From the NCBI RefSeq assembly GCF_009914755.1, contig NC_060926.1: DNA of 64,000 nucleotides. One strand, given 5' to 3'. Positions within the stretch are counted from its first letter, which is position 1; each line of letters starts with the position of its first letter. Source of the stretch: the human T2T-CHM13v2.0 reference genome, Homo sapiens. Position numbers and translations under genes: made by a program. Below, piece by piece: positions 44,490-56,943 of the stretch. The notes below the pieces were generated by a model that saw only the letters and a list, made by a program, of their open reading frames with translations, made no database searches and was not told the origin of the DNA.

Positions 44490-45689
44490 ATCTGGTCCCT
44501 CTTGAGGGATTTTAGTAAAATGTGAGAAGAGAGAGCTAATTTAAAAATGGAATTATTAATAAAAGGGAAGCAGAACTTAAACCTTTGCGAAATTCAGAAC
44601 CTATTATATTGAAAAGCATATTCAAGACAAAACACGAAGGGTGTGGCCAAATGATGATGATCCAAGAAGATGAGTCAGCTGTCTAAACAAAATCCAGGAC
44701 CTATTATTGTCCAAGATGCTAAAACAAATGACTCCAAAAGCAATTCAGAAATCATCAGGGCTGCCACCCTCATCATAGGCACACAGTAGAAGGGAGGTAG
44801 GTAGTACAATTTCAACGAAGGGGCTGCAGGCACACATGAAACTTCATTGTAGCCCTGTTCCCCCAGCCCCTCTGTCTCAAGGCTCTGCCACCTGCACTCC
44901 ACTCTCTGAACTCCATCCTATGTTCCCCAGCTGCCCCAGATGTAGCATGCACTGCAGCCAGCAAAGCAGTGGGGGTGTGGCTGCCTCCACCTAGATTTGG
45001 ATGCCCTGGAGGACTGTGGGAACCAGGCAAAGAACTGTCACCAGGACAGCACCACTGCACAGAGCCCCTACTAGGGCAAGGCCTAGCAGAACTGGGACAA
45101 AATGGCTGCTCCTGATACCCTGGGGTGGTAGAGACACCCGGGTAAGATTCCAGCTCAAGAGAACTGCAGGTGTCCAATTCAAACTCTTGAGAGCTGTGAC
45201 ATGGGCTATGCCCTACAAAGCAGTGTGGACAGGGCTGCTTGGAATCCTGCAGATCCAACCTCTGCCCCAATGTGTCCAGAAGGTGGGACCACAGCTCCAG
45301 TGGGTCTGGAAGGCAGAGCTTTGAATCAAAGATTATTCTTGAGCCTTAAGATTTTGTTCTCACTCAGAATTTATCACTTATTTCTTCTTTCCTATTTCTC
45401 TCTTTTGGAATAGGAATGTTTGTCCAGTGCCTACCCCACCACTACAGTTTAGAAGCACAAAACCTGTTTGATTTCAGAGGCTCACAGCTGAAGGGGAATT
45501 TGCCTCAGAATAAATCATACCTTAAGTCTCACCCATATCTGATTTTGATAATATTTAGATGAGACTTTGGACTTTAGACTTTTGAGTCAATGCTGAAACA
45601 AGTCAAGACTTTCGGTTCTCTTGGGATGGGATGAATGTATTTTGTATGGAAGAAAGACATGAGGTTTAGGGGAGGAGTGAGAGGTAGAA
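44490..45689 (+). mobile_element. MaLR internal sequence (MLT1A/MST-int), 5' LTR not visible
   Basis: gctgcctccacctagatttggatgcc, gagactttggactttagacttttgagtcaatgctg; purine tract directly before the LTR. Confidence 0.75.
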
Positions 45690-46046
45690 TGCTATGGTCT
45701 GAATGTTTGTGTCCCTCCCAAATTTTATGTTGAAATCCTAACCCCCAAGGCGATGGTATTAGGAGGTGAGGCCTTTGGGAGACATCTGGGAGTAGAGGCC
45801 CGATGAATGGAATTAGTGCCCTTATAAAAGATGTCTGAGAGACTCCTTACCTCTTCCACCAAGTGAGGATGCAGAGAAAACTCTTTTTCATCTATGATGA
45901 AGTGGGTCCTTACCAGACACAGAATCTGCTAGCCCCTTGATCTTGGAATTCCCAGCCTCAGAACTGTGAGAAATAAATTTCTGTCGTTTATAAGCCACCA
46001 AGTTTAAGACATTTTTTTGTTATAGTAGCCAAAATGAACTAAGACA
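45690..46046 (+). mobile_element. MLT1A0-like LTR
   Basis: TG...CA ends: tgctatggtctgaatgtttgtgtcc ... aaataaatttctgtcgtttataagcc ... actaagaca. Confidence 0.88.
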
Positions 46047-46059
46047 GCTGAGGGCATTC

Positions 46060-46620
46060 CAATGTGGGTATCCTAGAGACTTAGGTCTGACAGCTGAATA
46101 GAAGCAAAAATCAAGGCTCTGCTCCTCTGCAAGGTGGGGAGTTAAAAAATGAAACTCAAGGCCAAATCCTTTGCAGAGAAATCTACTCAACAGCAAAGCG
46201 AGACGGCAAGAAAAGCCGTCTGTTTTGGTTAGATATTGAGGGGAGAGAGTGGCTTTCTGAGAATTTATAACCATAGTCCTACCCTTACATGGTTCAGGAT
46301 TTAGATATTCACTATCTTCCTGGTCCAAGAAACCCCAAGCCAAGCGAAGTAACATATATGTTCCAGGGTTGGTTGCATCCTAGAGCACCTGGAAGTAACT
46401 AAAGTGATTCTTTCTAAAGAAGTGCATCCTCAACCCATGGCTTGAAGTTCCCACAGAGAAAGCCCAGTGGAACATGAGCTCACAATCCAAAATTATGAGC
46501 CACCATGAGCAAAAGACAGAAACAGAAAACATCATACGCTTTTCACAAATCTCTTAATTAAAGTTATAAAGTATAGTATACAAAATATGAAATAATTGAA
46601 GAATTATGGATAGTAGACCC
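46060..46620 (+). mobile_element. Old L1M/HAL1 5'-region fragment
   Basis: gaatttataaccat...aagttcccacagagaaagccc...atgagctcacaatccaaaatta. Confidence 0.4.
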
Positions 46621-47309
46621 CATAATGATCATTAAGAGATTAAATAACTGGTATTAATGTTTTATGTGGAAGAAGAATTTAGAAGAAAAAATGAGAACAT
46701 GTGTTGGAATTATGGCAGTTTTCAAACAAGACCCTGAATAAAATTAAAAAGGCAATTTTTCTCTCAGGCCTACCTGTTGCCCCCCTTCCTTCTGCCTCCT
46801 TCACTTGACTTTCCTCTTCTCCAGCCCCTTTGGAAAGCCTACTATATTCATATGTATTCTGACTCATCTCAGAATGACATCAACTCAAACTACAAAAGCA
46901 TCACTGCCAACAATTAAGTGGAATCTGTTTAATCTAAAGACAATACTCATATTCTAGTTTTATTTGAAGATACTATTTCATAACTTTTTAAAATACTCTC
47001 ACAATGGAATATTTCTTAAACTTAATAAAGAACCACATTATTTCATTTACAGCAGTAAATAAGATTTATAAACCTTTTTATGCAACATAAAATCATGCAG
47101 ACTTTTATCTGAAAATGAAATGTTTGATATAACTATCAAAAGATTAAATTAGATGTATTGATCTTAGAAGCACAGTTACTATATATGTTATTATATATCA
47201 TTGTTTATACAGAACTATATCCTAAATTATCAATAGTTTTTGTAAGGCCAGGGACAACTTGCAATGCTATTATTATATATTAAAGGCTAATATTGCATTC
47301 CTTTGAAAA

Positions 47310-47480
47310 AAAGTATTTATCTATTTAACAAGATTTAAATGAACATCTACTCTATGCCTGGTACTACAATATGCACTGTAGATAATTAATGAGCAAAAAA
47401 TGGTCGCAATTCCTGCTCTCATGGAGCTTTTAATGTAGTGAAGGAGACGGATTATTATTAATCAAGTAAATGTAGAATTG
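47310..47480 (-). mobile_element. L2 3' end
   Basis: acatctactctatgcctggtact...tcctgctctcatggagctt. Confidence 0.65.
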
Positions 47481-48156
47481 TAATTGAGCAACTATGACGT
47501 ATTTTTCTTGACTGTAGTAAAAATACATTGGCTTTATGACCTTTTAAAATAATATTTAATTTGTCAAAAGTTAGGGGGCAATGGGTGGTTTAGTCTTATG
47601 AATGAATTCATTCTTATAAATATAACCCAAATTTCACATGGGAAACCTTCACCTGATACTGATTTCTATTGAATTATTTTAAAGTCATTATCAATCTTGC
47701 CAATATTCTAGAATTTTCAGGATCCTTTCCTTATAACTCCAAAAGACAAACTGAATTTATCAGCTTCAACAATTTAGCAAATTGTGTTTTTATCTGCTTA
47801 CAAACTATGAAGTCACACATATTATGTGAAATATTTTAATAGATTTTGAAGATTTCTTCTTTTCCTTATGTTACCATTACTGCATTTTAAGGAATTTTAA
47901 ACTTGATTCTGACTCCAGCTGTCTGCTAGATGGAGACACAGGTCAGCACATGGGTGGTCTAGTCCCAGAGAGGGAAAACTGAATAGAGGGACAGGGCTCA
48001 CAGGTAGGGAGAAAGCCTTATAACCCCCAAATCCCCAAATACTAACTCCTCACAATCCTCATAGTTCCCTAAAATCCTATCTAACCCATGCAAAACTCAC
48101 TGTAGGAAACACTATACAGAGTAAAAAGAAAATCAAGGTTGTGTTAAATTTGTATA

Positions 48157-48586
48157 CAGTTACCCTTGAATACTATGGGAGTTAGGGGCAGCAACCCCCA
48201 TGCAGTCAAAAATTCACAAGTAACTTCAACTCCCAAAAATCTAACTGCTAATAGTCTACTGTTGACCAAAAGCCTTACTGATAACACATTTGGTTAACAA
48301 ATATTTTATATAGCAGATGTATTATACATTATATTTTTGCAATAAGGTAAGCTAGAGAAAAGAAAATCTTATTTAGAAAATAAGGAAGAAAAATATATTT
48401 ACTATTCATTAAGTAGAAGTGGATCATCATATGGTTCTTCACCTTAGTCGTCCTCATGTAGAGTAGGCTGAGGAGGAAGAGGAAGAGGAGGCACTGGCTT
48501 GCTGTCTCAGGCTGGCAGAGGTGGAAGAAAATCTGCATGTAAGTGGACCCATGCAGTCCTATCCCACATTGTTCAAGGGTCAACTG
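48157..48586 (+). mobile_element. Tigger2a (MER28)-like DNA transposon
   Basis: TIRs cagttacccttgaa ... ttcaagggtcaactg flanked by TA. Confidence 0.85.
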
Positions 48587-48943
48587 TATTTGCTGACTTA
48601 GTTCAATAATCGGGTCTTTTGATAAAGTAGTTTTCGGATAATTGACTCTAATCCAATTGACCTAGAATTACCAGTACCTTGTCAATCTGATTTGTTCCTA
48701 CATCGTCAAATAAGAATACACTGGCAGCTTGAGGCTGAAGGCAGAACTGAAGAGTGAGTGTGAGTCATGCAGGTGAGAGGAAACAGGTGGAGTAAGGCAA
48801 GAGCCGGAGGAAAAGGGCAGGTATAAGGGCCTGAACTGGTATGAGAAAGTGGGTTGAGGTGAGGCCAAGGAGTGCTTTGTGTCCAACTAGGATGAATTTG
48901 GTAGGCCACTTTCAAGAGTTGTATCTGTGTACTAAGTCATTGA

Positions 48944-49678
<735 letters not shown>

Positions 49679-49689
49679 GACAGTATTTT

Positions 49690-49880
49690 TAAAGGGAGTA
49701 ACATGATGAGATTTGAGTTCTGAAAAGATCATTCTGGCTACAATATGGAGAATGACCTGGAGAGCAGCGGGGGGACAGGCAGAACAGGCCCACAGGGAGC
49801 TGTTGCCATCATCTGCTGAGAGATGACAGTAGCCTGGACTGTGGCAGTAGTGAAGGAGTTGGAAAGAAGTGGACGGATTA
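49690..49880 (-). mobile_element. L2 fragment (continues from about 48720-48945)
   Basis: aaaagatcattctggctacaatatggagaatg. Confidence 0.6.
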
Positions 49881-49887
49881 GAGTGGA

Positions 49888-50057
49888 AAGTGGTTCTTCA
49901 CTGGGGGGGATTTTGTCCCTCAGGGGTCAATTGGTAATGTCTGAGGCATTTTTGTTGTCACCACTGAGGTGGAGAGAAGTGCTTACTGGTATCTAATGAG
50001 TAGAGGCCAAGGATGCTGCTAAACATGCCAAATGGTGCTGAGGTTGAAAAACTGTGG
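49888..50057 (+). mobile_element. MER20, internally deleted
   Basis: ggggggattttgtccc...gtagaggccaaggatgctgctaaacat...gctgaggttgaaaaac. Confidence 0.8.
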
Positions 50058-51424
50058 AATAGAGAAATACTCAGGGAGTAATATGGGCTTAATGTCAGAA
50101 ATTAACTTTTAGTATAACCCCAGGATTTATTAAAATAAAATGCAATGAACACACACACAAAACACCACAAGTGTCAGTAACCGCTTTAAGAACAACAAAA
50201 CTTAAGTGACCAGTTGCAAATCAAAGCAGTCATGAAATACATATGTATAGCTATAAAAATGCTTAGAAGGGCTGGGAGCTTCAAACTGCATTCCCAGCTT
50301 GACAAAAATACACAGAAACTAAATCTAGCATTGTCTGCAAAAGAGACATGCACTCACTCCAGCAACAGTCAGCAGGATCTAAATTTAGTTTATACTCTTA
50401 GTGCATTAAAATAGCATCATGAAGCACAGGAAGTCTAAAACCATCACACTCCAAGTTTCTGTCTATACCGTTAATAGCTACTTGCCAAGATCTCTGTTGC
50501 CCGTGTGATTATAGCCTATTAAAAATATGTTCTCTGCAAAGTCTTCCCAAACAACAGGAAGTGAAGTTAAAAGAATGATTCCAGAGAAAATAATTGGCAA
50601 CACAAATGTCACAATGTTGGTATTCATAAGGAATATATCTTAACTTCTGAAACGAATGAAGTTGTTGTGAGAAGCTTTATGAGGCTTTTTTATTGTTTAC
50701 TATAAAAGTTAAAATGCTTTCTCTGAGTTCTAGTGTTACAATGGTAAATCAGAAAGGCAAATAAACATTTTTTATTTGAAAAGATCTACTAATTGCCTAG
50801 CATGTGACTTAGATAATAGTTGAGATGGGAAGGGCAGAGCCAAACCTATGCCTGAAAATGGGAAAAGATGAGGATGGTGCCTCATGCCTTCATTTATATG
50901 TTTAATCTCTCTTCTACATAAACAAAAAGCAGACTAACCTGAAGAGATTCCATTTTTTCCCCTTCCACTTCACAGGGTCCTTCTTCTAAAACACCATTTG
51001 AGATTTTTTTTACAGAATTGTGTTATTTTCTGAAATTCTAGTTCAAGATGCATTCCTTCTAGTAGAGTTCTCAGTACTTCCAATTTGCATTGTGTAATAA
51101 TCTGAGCAGATACATACCACAGAAGAATGAACCTAGAGACCTTGCAGAATTAGTCCCCCTTAGCAAGGATGATATAAATAGCTCTTTTTTTTTCTATCAA
51201 GGGGCCACAAACCAAAAAGAAAAAAAGAGTGACTTCATTGTTAAAGTCAAACTGAATAAGGTTGGATTTTTCTTTAAGAGAAATATCTGTGATTCCCTTC
51301 ACTCATGACCAAGTTATTTTCTTGTGTTGGATATATGAGATACAAAAATTATCTGTTTCAGTCAATCTATCTCCTCACACTTGTCCAACATTCCTCACAC
51401 CTACGCTCCTGTGCCAATAACTTT

Positions 51425-51880
51425 GGCAGAGTTCTCTTACTCTCTCAGTATATGTTTGTTCCTTCTTTATAAATAGATCACTAATCTTTAGTTAGGTGCA
51501 TGGCTACCTGGAATAAAGCCTATATTTCCCAGCCTCTCTTTCAGGCAAGTGTGCCATGTGACAAAGCTCAGGCCATGAAGGACTTCTAGGTACTATATTT
51601 CCTTAAAGGAAGAGGAAGTGCCTGTGCTTCTTTCCTTCTAGTGCTTGGGATGTAATTACTGGTGCCTGAGAAGCCATACAGGACACTGAGGTGAAACTGT
51701 GTGCTTGAAGATATCAGAGCAAAAGAAAGTAGGAACCTGGTTTCCTGATACCTTGGAATATCATGCCAGACACAGATGATTGACAAACTAGGAAAAGAAG
51801 AAATACATTTCTGTTTTGCTTAAGCCATTGTTATTTTGGGTTTTCTGTCAGTATAGATGACCTTAATCTAAACAAACACA
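51425..51880 (+). mobile_element. MLT1H/J-like LTR
   Basis: tatttcccagcctc...gccatgtgac...tttgcttaagccattgttattttgggttttctgt. Confidence 0.7.
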
Positions 51881-52261
51881 ATGCCTTCTCAAGTCCACTT
51901 TCCTAACCAGCTGTGTCCTCTGCCATACTCTCTGTTATTTTAAGTTTTAAACAGTTATCAGTGGAGTTAAGGTTATATGCTCTTTGGGAAGTCATCCAAC
52001 CTCCTATCCCCACGGAAATTTCCCTCTACATTGAACTAAGATTTGCTATCCACACATTCCCACATGATGTTGAGCATTAACAATAATGTGTATGAAAATT
52101 TATTAATTTGAATTTAACCAATGTTCCCACAACCAAATTATAATTTCCTTAAGGTTAGAAATTGTGCTTTCTTAGAATACAAAGAACACTTTGTATTCTC
52201 AATGCTTTGCAGTGTTAGACGCTCATGTAATTGTCAGTAGTCTAATATATAGAAGGAACTA

Positions 52262-52547
52262 CAGTCAAGTACCACATAATGACATTTCAGTCAATGACTG
52301 AACTGCAGTTCAAAGACACCAGTCAATGACAGAATGACAGATCCCATTTTAAATGGTGGTCCAATAAGATTATAATAACGTATTTTTATAGTACCTTTTT
52401 CATGTTTAGAAACTTTTAGATACACAAATATTTACCAGGCTATACCATCTAGGTTTATGTAACTACACTCTATGATGTTCCCACTGCAAAATCGCCTAAT
52501 GACATATTTCACAGAATGTATCCCCATCATTAAGTGATGCATGACTG
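52262..52547 (+). mobile_element. Tigger3a (MER7)-like
   Basis: TIRs cagtca...cataatgacatttcagtcaatg and cattaagtgatgcatgactg with TA flanks. Confidence 0.8.
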
Positions 52548-52765
52548 TAATTTTGTTTCAAGCAACTGAAAAATACTTCTAATCTGGCAAATTCAGCGAG
52601 AAGACTGAGTTCCTTAATTTCTGTCAGCACCAGTGAAAAACTGTCCTAAACTGACCCTGGCTTACAGATGTACCACTGGATCTTGGACTAAATGGTAATG
52701 GTAATCATTCTGAGCTTCCATTAAAATTCTAAGCCTTCTTCCATTTTATTTCTTATTAACAGCTA

Positions 52766-52767
52766 TT

Positions 52768-52806
<39 letters not shown>

Positions 52807-52811
52807 ATTAT
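52766..52811. repeat. (TTG)n microsatellite with TTA flanks
   Basis: About 12 TTG units. Confidence 0.95.
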
Positions 52812-53244
52812 AGCAAAGAAGAACAGCAGAATGGTTGGTGGAGATTCCTATGCTTTCGACCCATGGCGGGGTCACTAAGTCAGGTGAATCACCTCCCACC
52901 CCTAAAGATTCCCACCCAGTTATGCCTTCTAATGTGCTGTTCACAGTTTATCAACTGATTCTGAAATTCTGAGTCTTAACAGTTTTAAACTGACTGTTTA
53001 TGTTTCTTATTTATGCTTTTGCCTACCCCATCAGTCTAAACCTGATCCCTGATTTCTCTCCATTTTGTTTTAACTTCATTTGAAACTCACGACTTTAAAG
53101 TGACTGTACGTTAGTTTTGACCACAACTAAACCTGGCTAATAAATGGCTCCACTTTCTTTCTCACTTTCTTTCTTTTAAGAAATAAACTTTTCACTTTGA
53201 AATAATTATAAAATTTGTACCATTTACTTTGGATAATGAAGTTA

Positions 53245-53830
53245 TGTTTATTTTAGGAATGCAAGATTGGTTAAACATTCCAAAATCAATCTAATTCTTA
53301 CTATTTCAACAGAATAGAGGAGAAAAATCATGTGATCATCTCAAGAAATGTAGAAAAGGCATTTTAAAAAGTGAAACTTCCACTTTTGACAAAAAAGCTT
53401 AGTAAACTATAAATAAAATGGAACTTCCTTAATTTGAAAAAGTATTTCTGAACAGATTATAGTATATTTGAAATATGAAATACTGTTTAGTAATAAAGAT
53501 GACTCAACTATGGTTATACATAACATCTCTAAAAGGCTGATTTTTAAAATACATATTGTATAATTCCATTTATATAAAAGTCAAGAAAAGGCAACCCTAC
53601 ATTATAAAGTTAGAAGTCAGGATAGTAGTTATCTTTGGAAAATAGGATAGTAGTTATTGGTTTATAACAGAGCATACGGGGACCTTCTGATTGCTGGTAA
53701 TGTTCTATTTCTTGACCTGGCTAGTAGTTACTTAAGTTTGTTAACTTTGTTATAATTAATTAGGACAAACGATTAGGATTTATAAACTGTTCGCAGGTAT
53801 GTTATACTTCAATATAAAGCTTACTTAAAA
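53245..53830 (+). mobile_element. Old L1 ORF2 fragment plus L1ME 3' end
   Basis: ggaatgcaagattggtt...atcatgtgatcatctcaagaaatgtagaaaaggcattt; tataattccatttatataaaagtc...tgttctatttcttgacctgg. Confidence 0.65.
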
Positions 53831-53999
53831 TATTCTTCTTTTTTGACTTTCCTTCAATTTCCTCTCACCTTTACTGGTTTTAACTTAAGAATGTTAAATA
53901 TTAAAATCTAAGATCTTGATGTCTTGAGAGAAAATATCTTACCCTAATTATTAAAAGTAGTAAGTAATATTAGAGGTGTAAAACAGTTCACAAATTATC

Positions 54000-54185
54000 A
54001 GTCCTTTATCTCAATACTCAGAACCATCCTGTGAGAGATAAGAAGCACTGAAAATTGTCTTCTAAATATAGATATATGAACTGAGACTCAGAGATGGTCA
54101 AATTTTGTTCCCCAAGTTCACACATCTAGAAAGTGGCAGTGTTAAGTCTAACACTTCAATTCTTGATCCCTGGATCCTTTCTATT
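54000..54185 (-). mobile_element. MIR
   Basis: gaactgagactcagagatggtc...cccaagttcacacatctagaaagtggcag. Confidence 0.65.
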
Positions 54186-54879
54186 ATACATGCAGCTGTT
54201 TAAAATAATGTGAGACCAGAATAAATTATCTATGACTTAAACAACTGTTTTTTTTTTTTTTTTGAAACTTTTGATTCTAACTAGACTCATTGTGAGTCTT
54301 CAAAACTGGCATTGATATTTTCTCCTAAACCTCTTCGTTTTTAAAACTACATAAATTTATTAAGGTCAATAACAGAAAGGACATTTTCCATTTATTTTTA
54401 TTTTTTTCACATTAAATAACGTACATGAACAATGTTTCATATTTTGTTAAATAACAGTAAAAAATTTCAGTTACAGGTAGGATTCTGTTTTGGACGCTCT
54501 TTTAAAGCTGAATCATGGTAGCATAACCAAACTGTTCAGGGACTCTATGTTCTGAAGTTCTTTAGTTCATTTTTCTAGTCTTAGGGCAAGAAAGAATTGT
54601 TAATTTCCTTAATGTGGCTACACAATAAGAAGTATGAAAGAAAAATAAGTGTTTTACATTATGGTTAGACAAATGGATTGAAATACTTTGGTAATAAAAT
54701 AATTTAATGACTGTGATCCCTTTGTATAGCTTAAATACTCTTCAATCACTATAGAATACAATTCTAATAACCCCCAGGTATTTTAAAATTGCATACTTTT
54801 GATCACAATGGGTATCAGGAAAAAGAGTTCATGTAACTTAATTGACATCTTCTACATTATTAGAAAAAATAATTCAGAG

Positions 54880-55150
54880 TTTTATAAAACTGATCATGTG
54901 TTGGCAGTCTCATCTTTGACTGTGGGAAATGGATGCAATTCCATTGTTGATGGCAGTATGCAGTGGCACAAACTTTATGGAAGAACGTTTGGCCAGAAGT
55001 ATTAACAGTTGAAAATGTGCATGACTTATGGCCCTGTAACTCAATTTATAAGAATTATTCAAAGAAAACAACTAATGACATGCCTATAATCTTGTAAGAT
55101 TTACATATGAGGATGTTTGCTGTAGCATAATTTATAATAGTAAAGATATA
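54880..55150 (+). mobile_element. L1ME fragment
   Basis: ttgttgatggcagtatgcagtggcacaaactttatgga...ggatgtttgctgtagcataatttataatag. Confidence 0.55.
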
Positions 55151-55910
55151 GCATTTGGCTGGGCAAACCAATAATACTCAAATCATGTCCTCAACCAGTC
55201 ACTGTTTACCTGTAATGCCACCAAAGGTCATATATGCACACATGCCAGGGTCAAGTAAAGGAATACATTATGCTAAGGCTCCCATAATTTTCAATACATG
55301 ACAGCAGAAACTGTTCTTGCTGACACCTTTGTCCTGCATCAGTAGGACCTGCTTTTACTTATTATAGTGTTCCTCTTCCCCACCTTCCCCTTTCTGTGAC
55401 TCTCTTCTCTTTCAGCAGATCCAGAATGCAATTTTTGAATTTATGCTCTGCTTTATTTAAGATCTTTCCCTCTATTTCCACATGCAGGGCAAACAGGATT
55501 TGCTGGGTCTACATGTCCTCCTAGCTTCTATTTCCTACTGTTCCTGTTATAACTGCAAAGTAAATATCCTTTTCTCAAATTATTTTTAAAACTGATCTCT
55601 TTTATGCCTTCTTTCTGTTCCTTTATGTTCTGATCCCAAAATCCTGGCAATCATTTCCGTGTTCACTTACCACATTCAGATGACTTTTGCCTTCTCACTG
55701 TGGTTTAACTCTGTCTCTGAACAAATTTATGTAACAGAATTTAGACTGATTATGGCACAGGCCTGTGTAATCTCCTTCCTAGCATTGGGTTTGTGATAGT
55801 TTCACTGAGTTTTTATTCCTCCTGAATCCAAGAAGAAAATAAACCTACTACCCTCCTCCGAGGATTGGGGTCTCCAATCCTCTTACATTTGTATGTATGT
55901 GATATATAAG

Positions 55911-55938
55911 TACACACACACACACACATACACACACA
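55911..55938. repeat. (CA)n microsatellite
   Basis: tacacacacacacacacatacacacaca. Confidence 0.9.
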
Positions 55939-56272
55939 GACATTTTTTAAAAATTGACTTCACTGCCCCATGAGGTTGAATCCATACTTCGGGTCTCTGA
56001 ACTTCACAGCTGAGATCACAGCTTGTGTACTGTAGGTTAAGGGTTCCTGGCCAGGAAGCACAGTCATCCCTTTAGCTGGTAGAGGAGCAGCCTGGCTATG
56101 CAAATTCCCAGCTTCCTTCTCTCTCAGTTTCTCTTTTTGAATGTGTTTTAATGACGTAATATAAACCAATAATAGCAAATAATTAGATGGGACAGAAAGT
56201 ACCTGCCAAATATTAGGTACAATTAAAAAAAGTCCCCCACAGTCACACATAAAGTTAAGATGAGAAACACCA

Positions 56273-56563
56273 GGCCAGGCGCCGGTGGCTCACACCTGTT
56301 ATCCCAGCACTTTGGGAGGCCGAGGCGGGCGGATCACCTGAGGTCAAGAGTTCGAAACCAGCCTGGCCAACACGGTGAAACCCTGTCTCTACTAAAAATA
56401 CAAAAAAATTAGCTGGATGTGGTAGCTGGCACCTGTAATCGCAGCTACTCAGGAGGCTGAGGCACGAGAATCACTTGAACCTGGGAGGTGGAGGTTTCAG
56501 TGAGTCGAGATCATGGCACTGCACTCCAGCCTGGGCAACAGAGTGTCTCAAAAAAGAAAAAAA
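56273..56563 (+). mobile_element. AluSx/Sz-like
   Basis: ggatcacctgaggtcaagagttcga; A-rich tail. Confidence 0.93.
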
Positions 56564-56644
56564 GGAGCTAAGAGTGGCTATCTCTGAGTGGTGTGTAAGA
56601 AGCACAGTAGGACCGTTGTTGTGGTTTCATGTTTACATTTTTGA

Positions 56645-56943
<299 letters not shown>

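Noticed and set aside
44675-45413. Several overlapping 60-152 aa ORFs
   Set aside because: Lie in GC-richer MaLR internal sequence where stop-free frames arise by composition; no recognisable domain.
47770-48670. Possible ancient repeat (MamRep605-like) surrounding Tigger2a
   Set aside because: Resemblance too faint to call without an HMM search.
52756-52944. ORF with poly-Asn; likewise poly-Val at 61554-61745 and CVCV at 62765-63037
   Set aside because: Translations of microsatellites.
55671-55716. Possible 46-nt minus exon ending GTG|GTAAGT
   Set aside because: Weak acceptor and stops in all frames; GTAAGT occurs often by chance.
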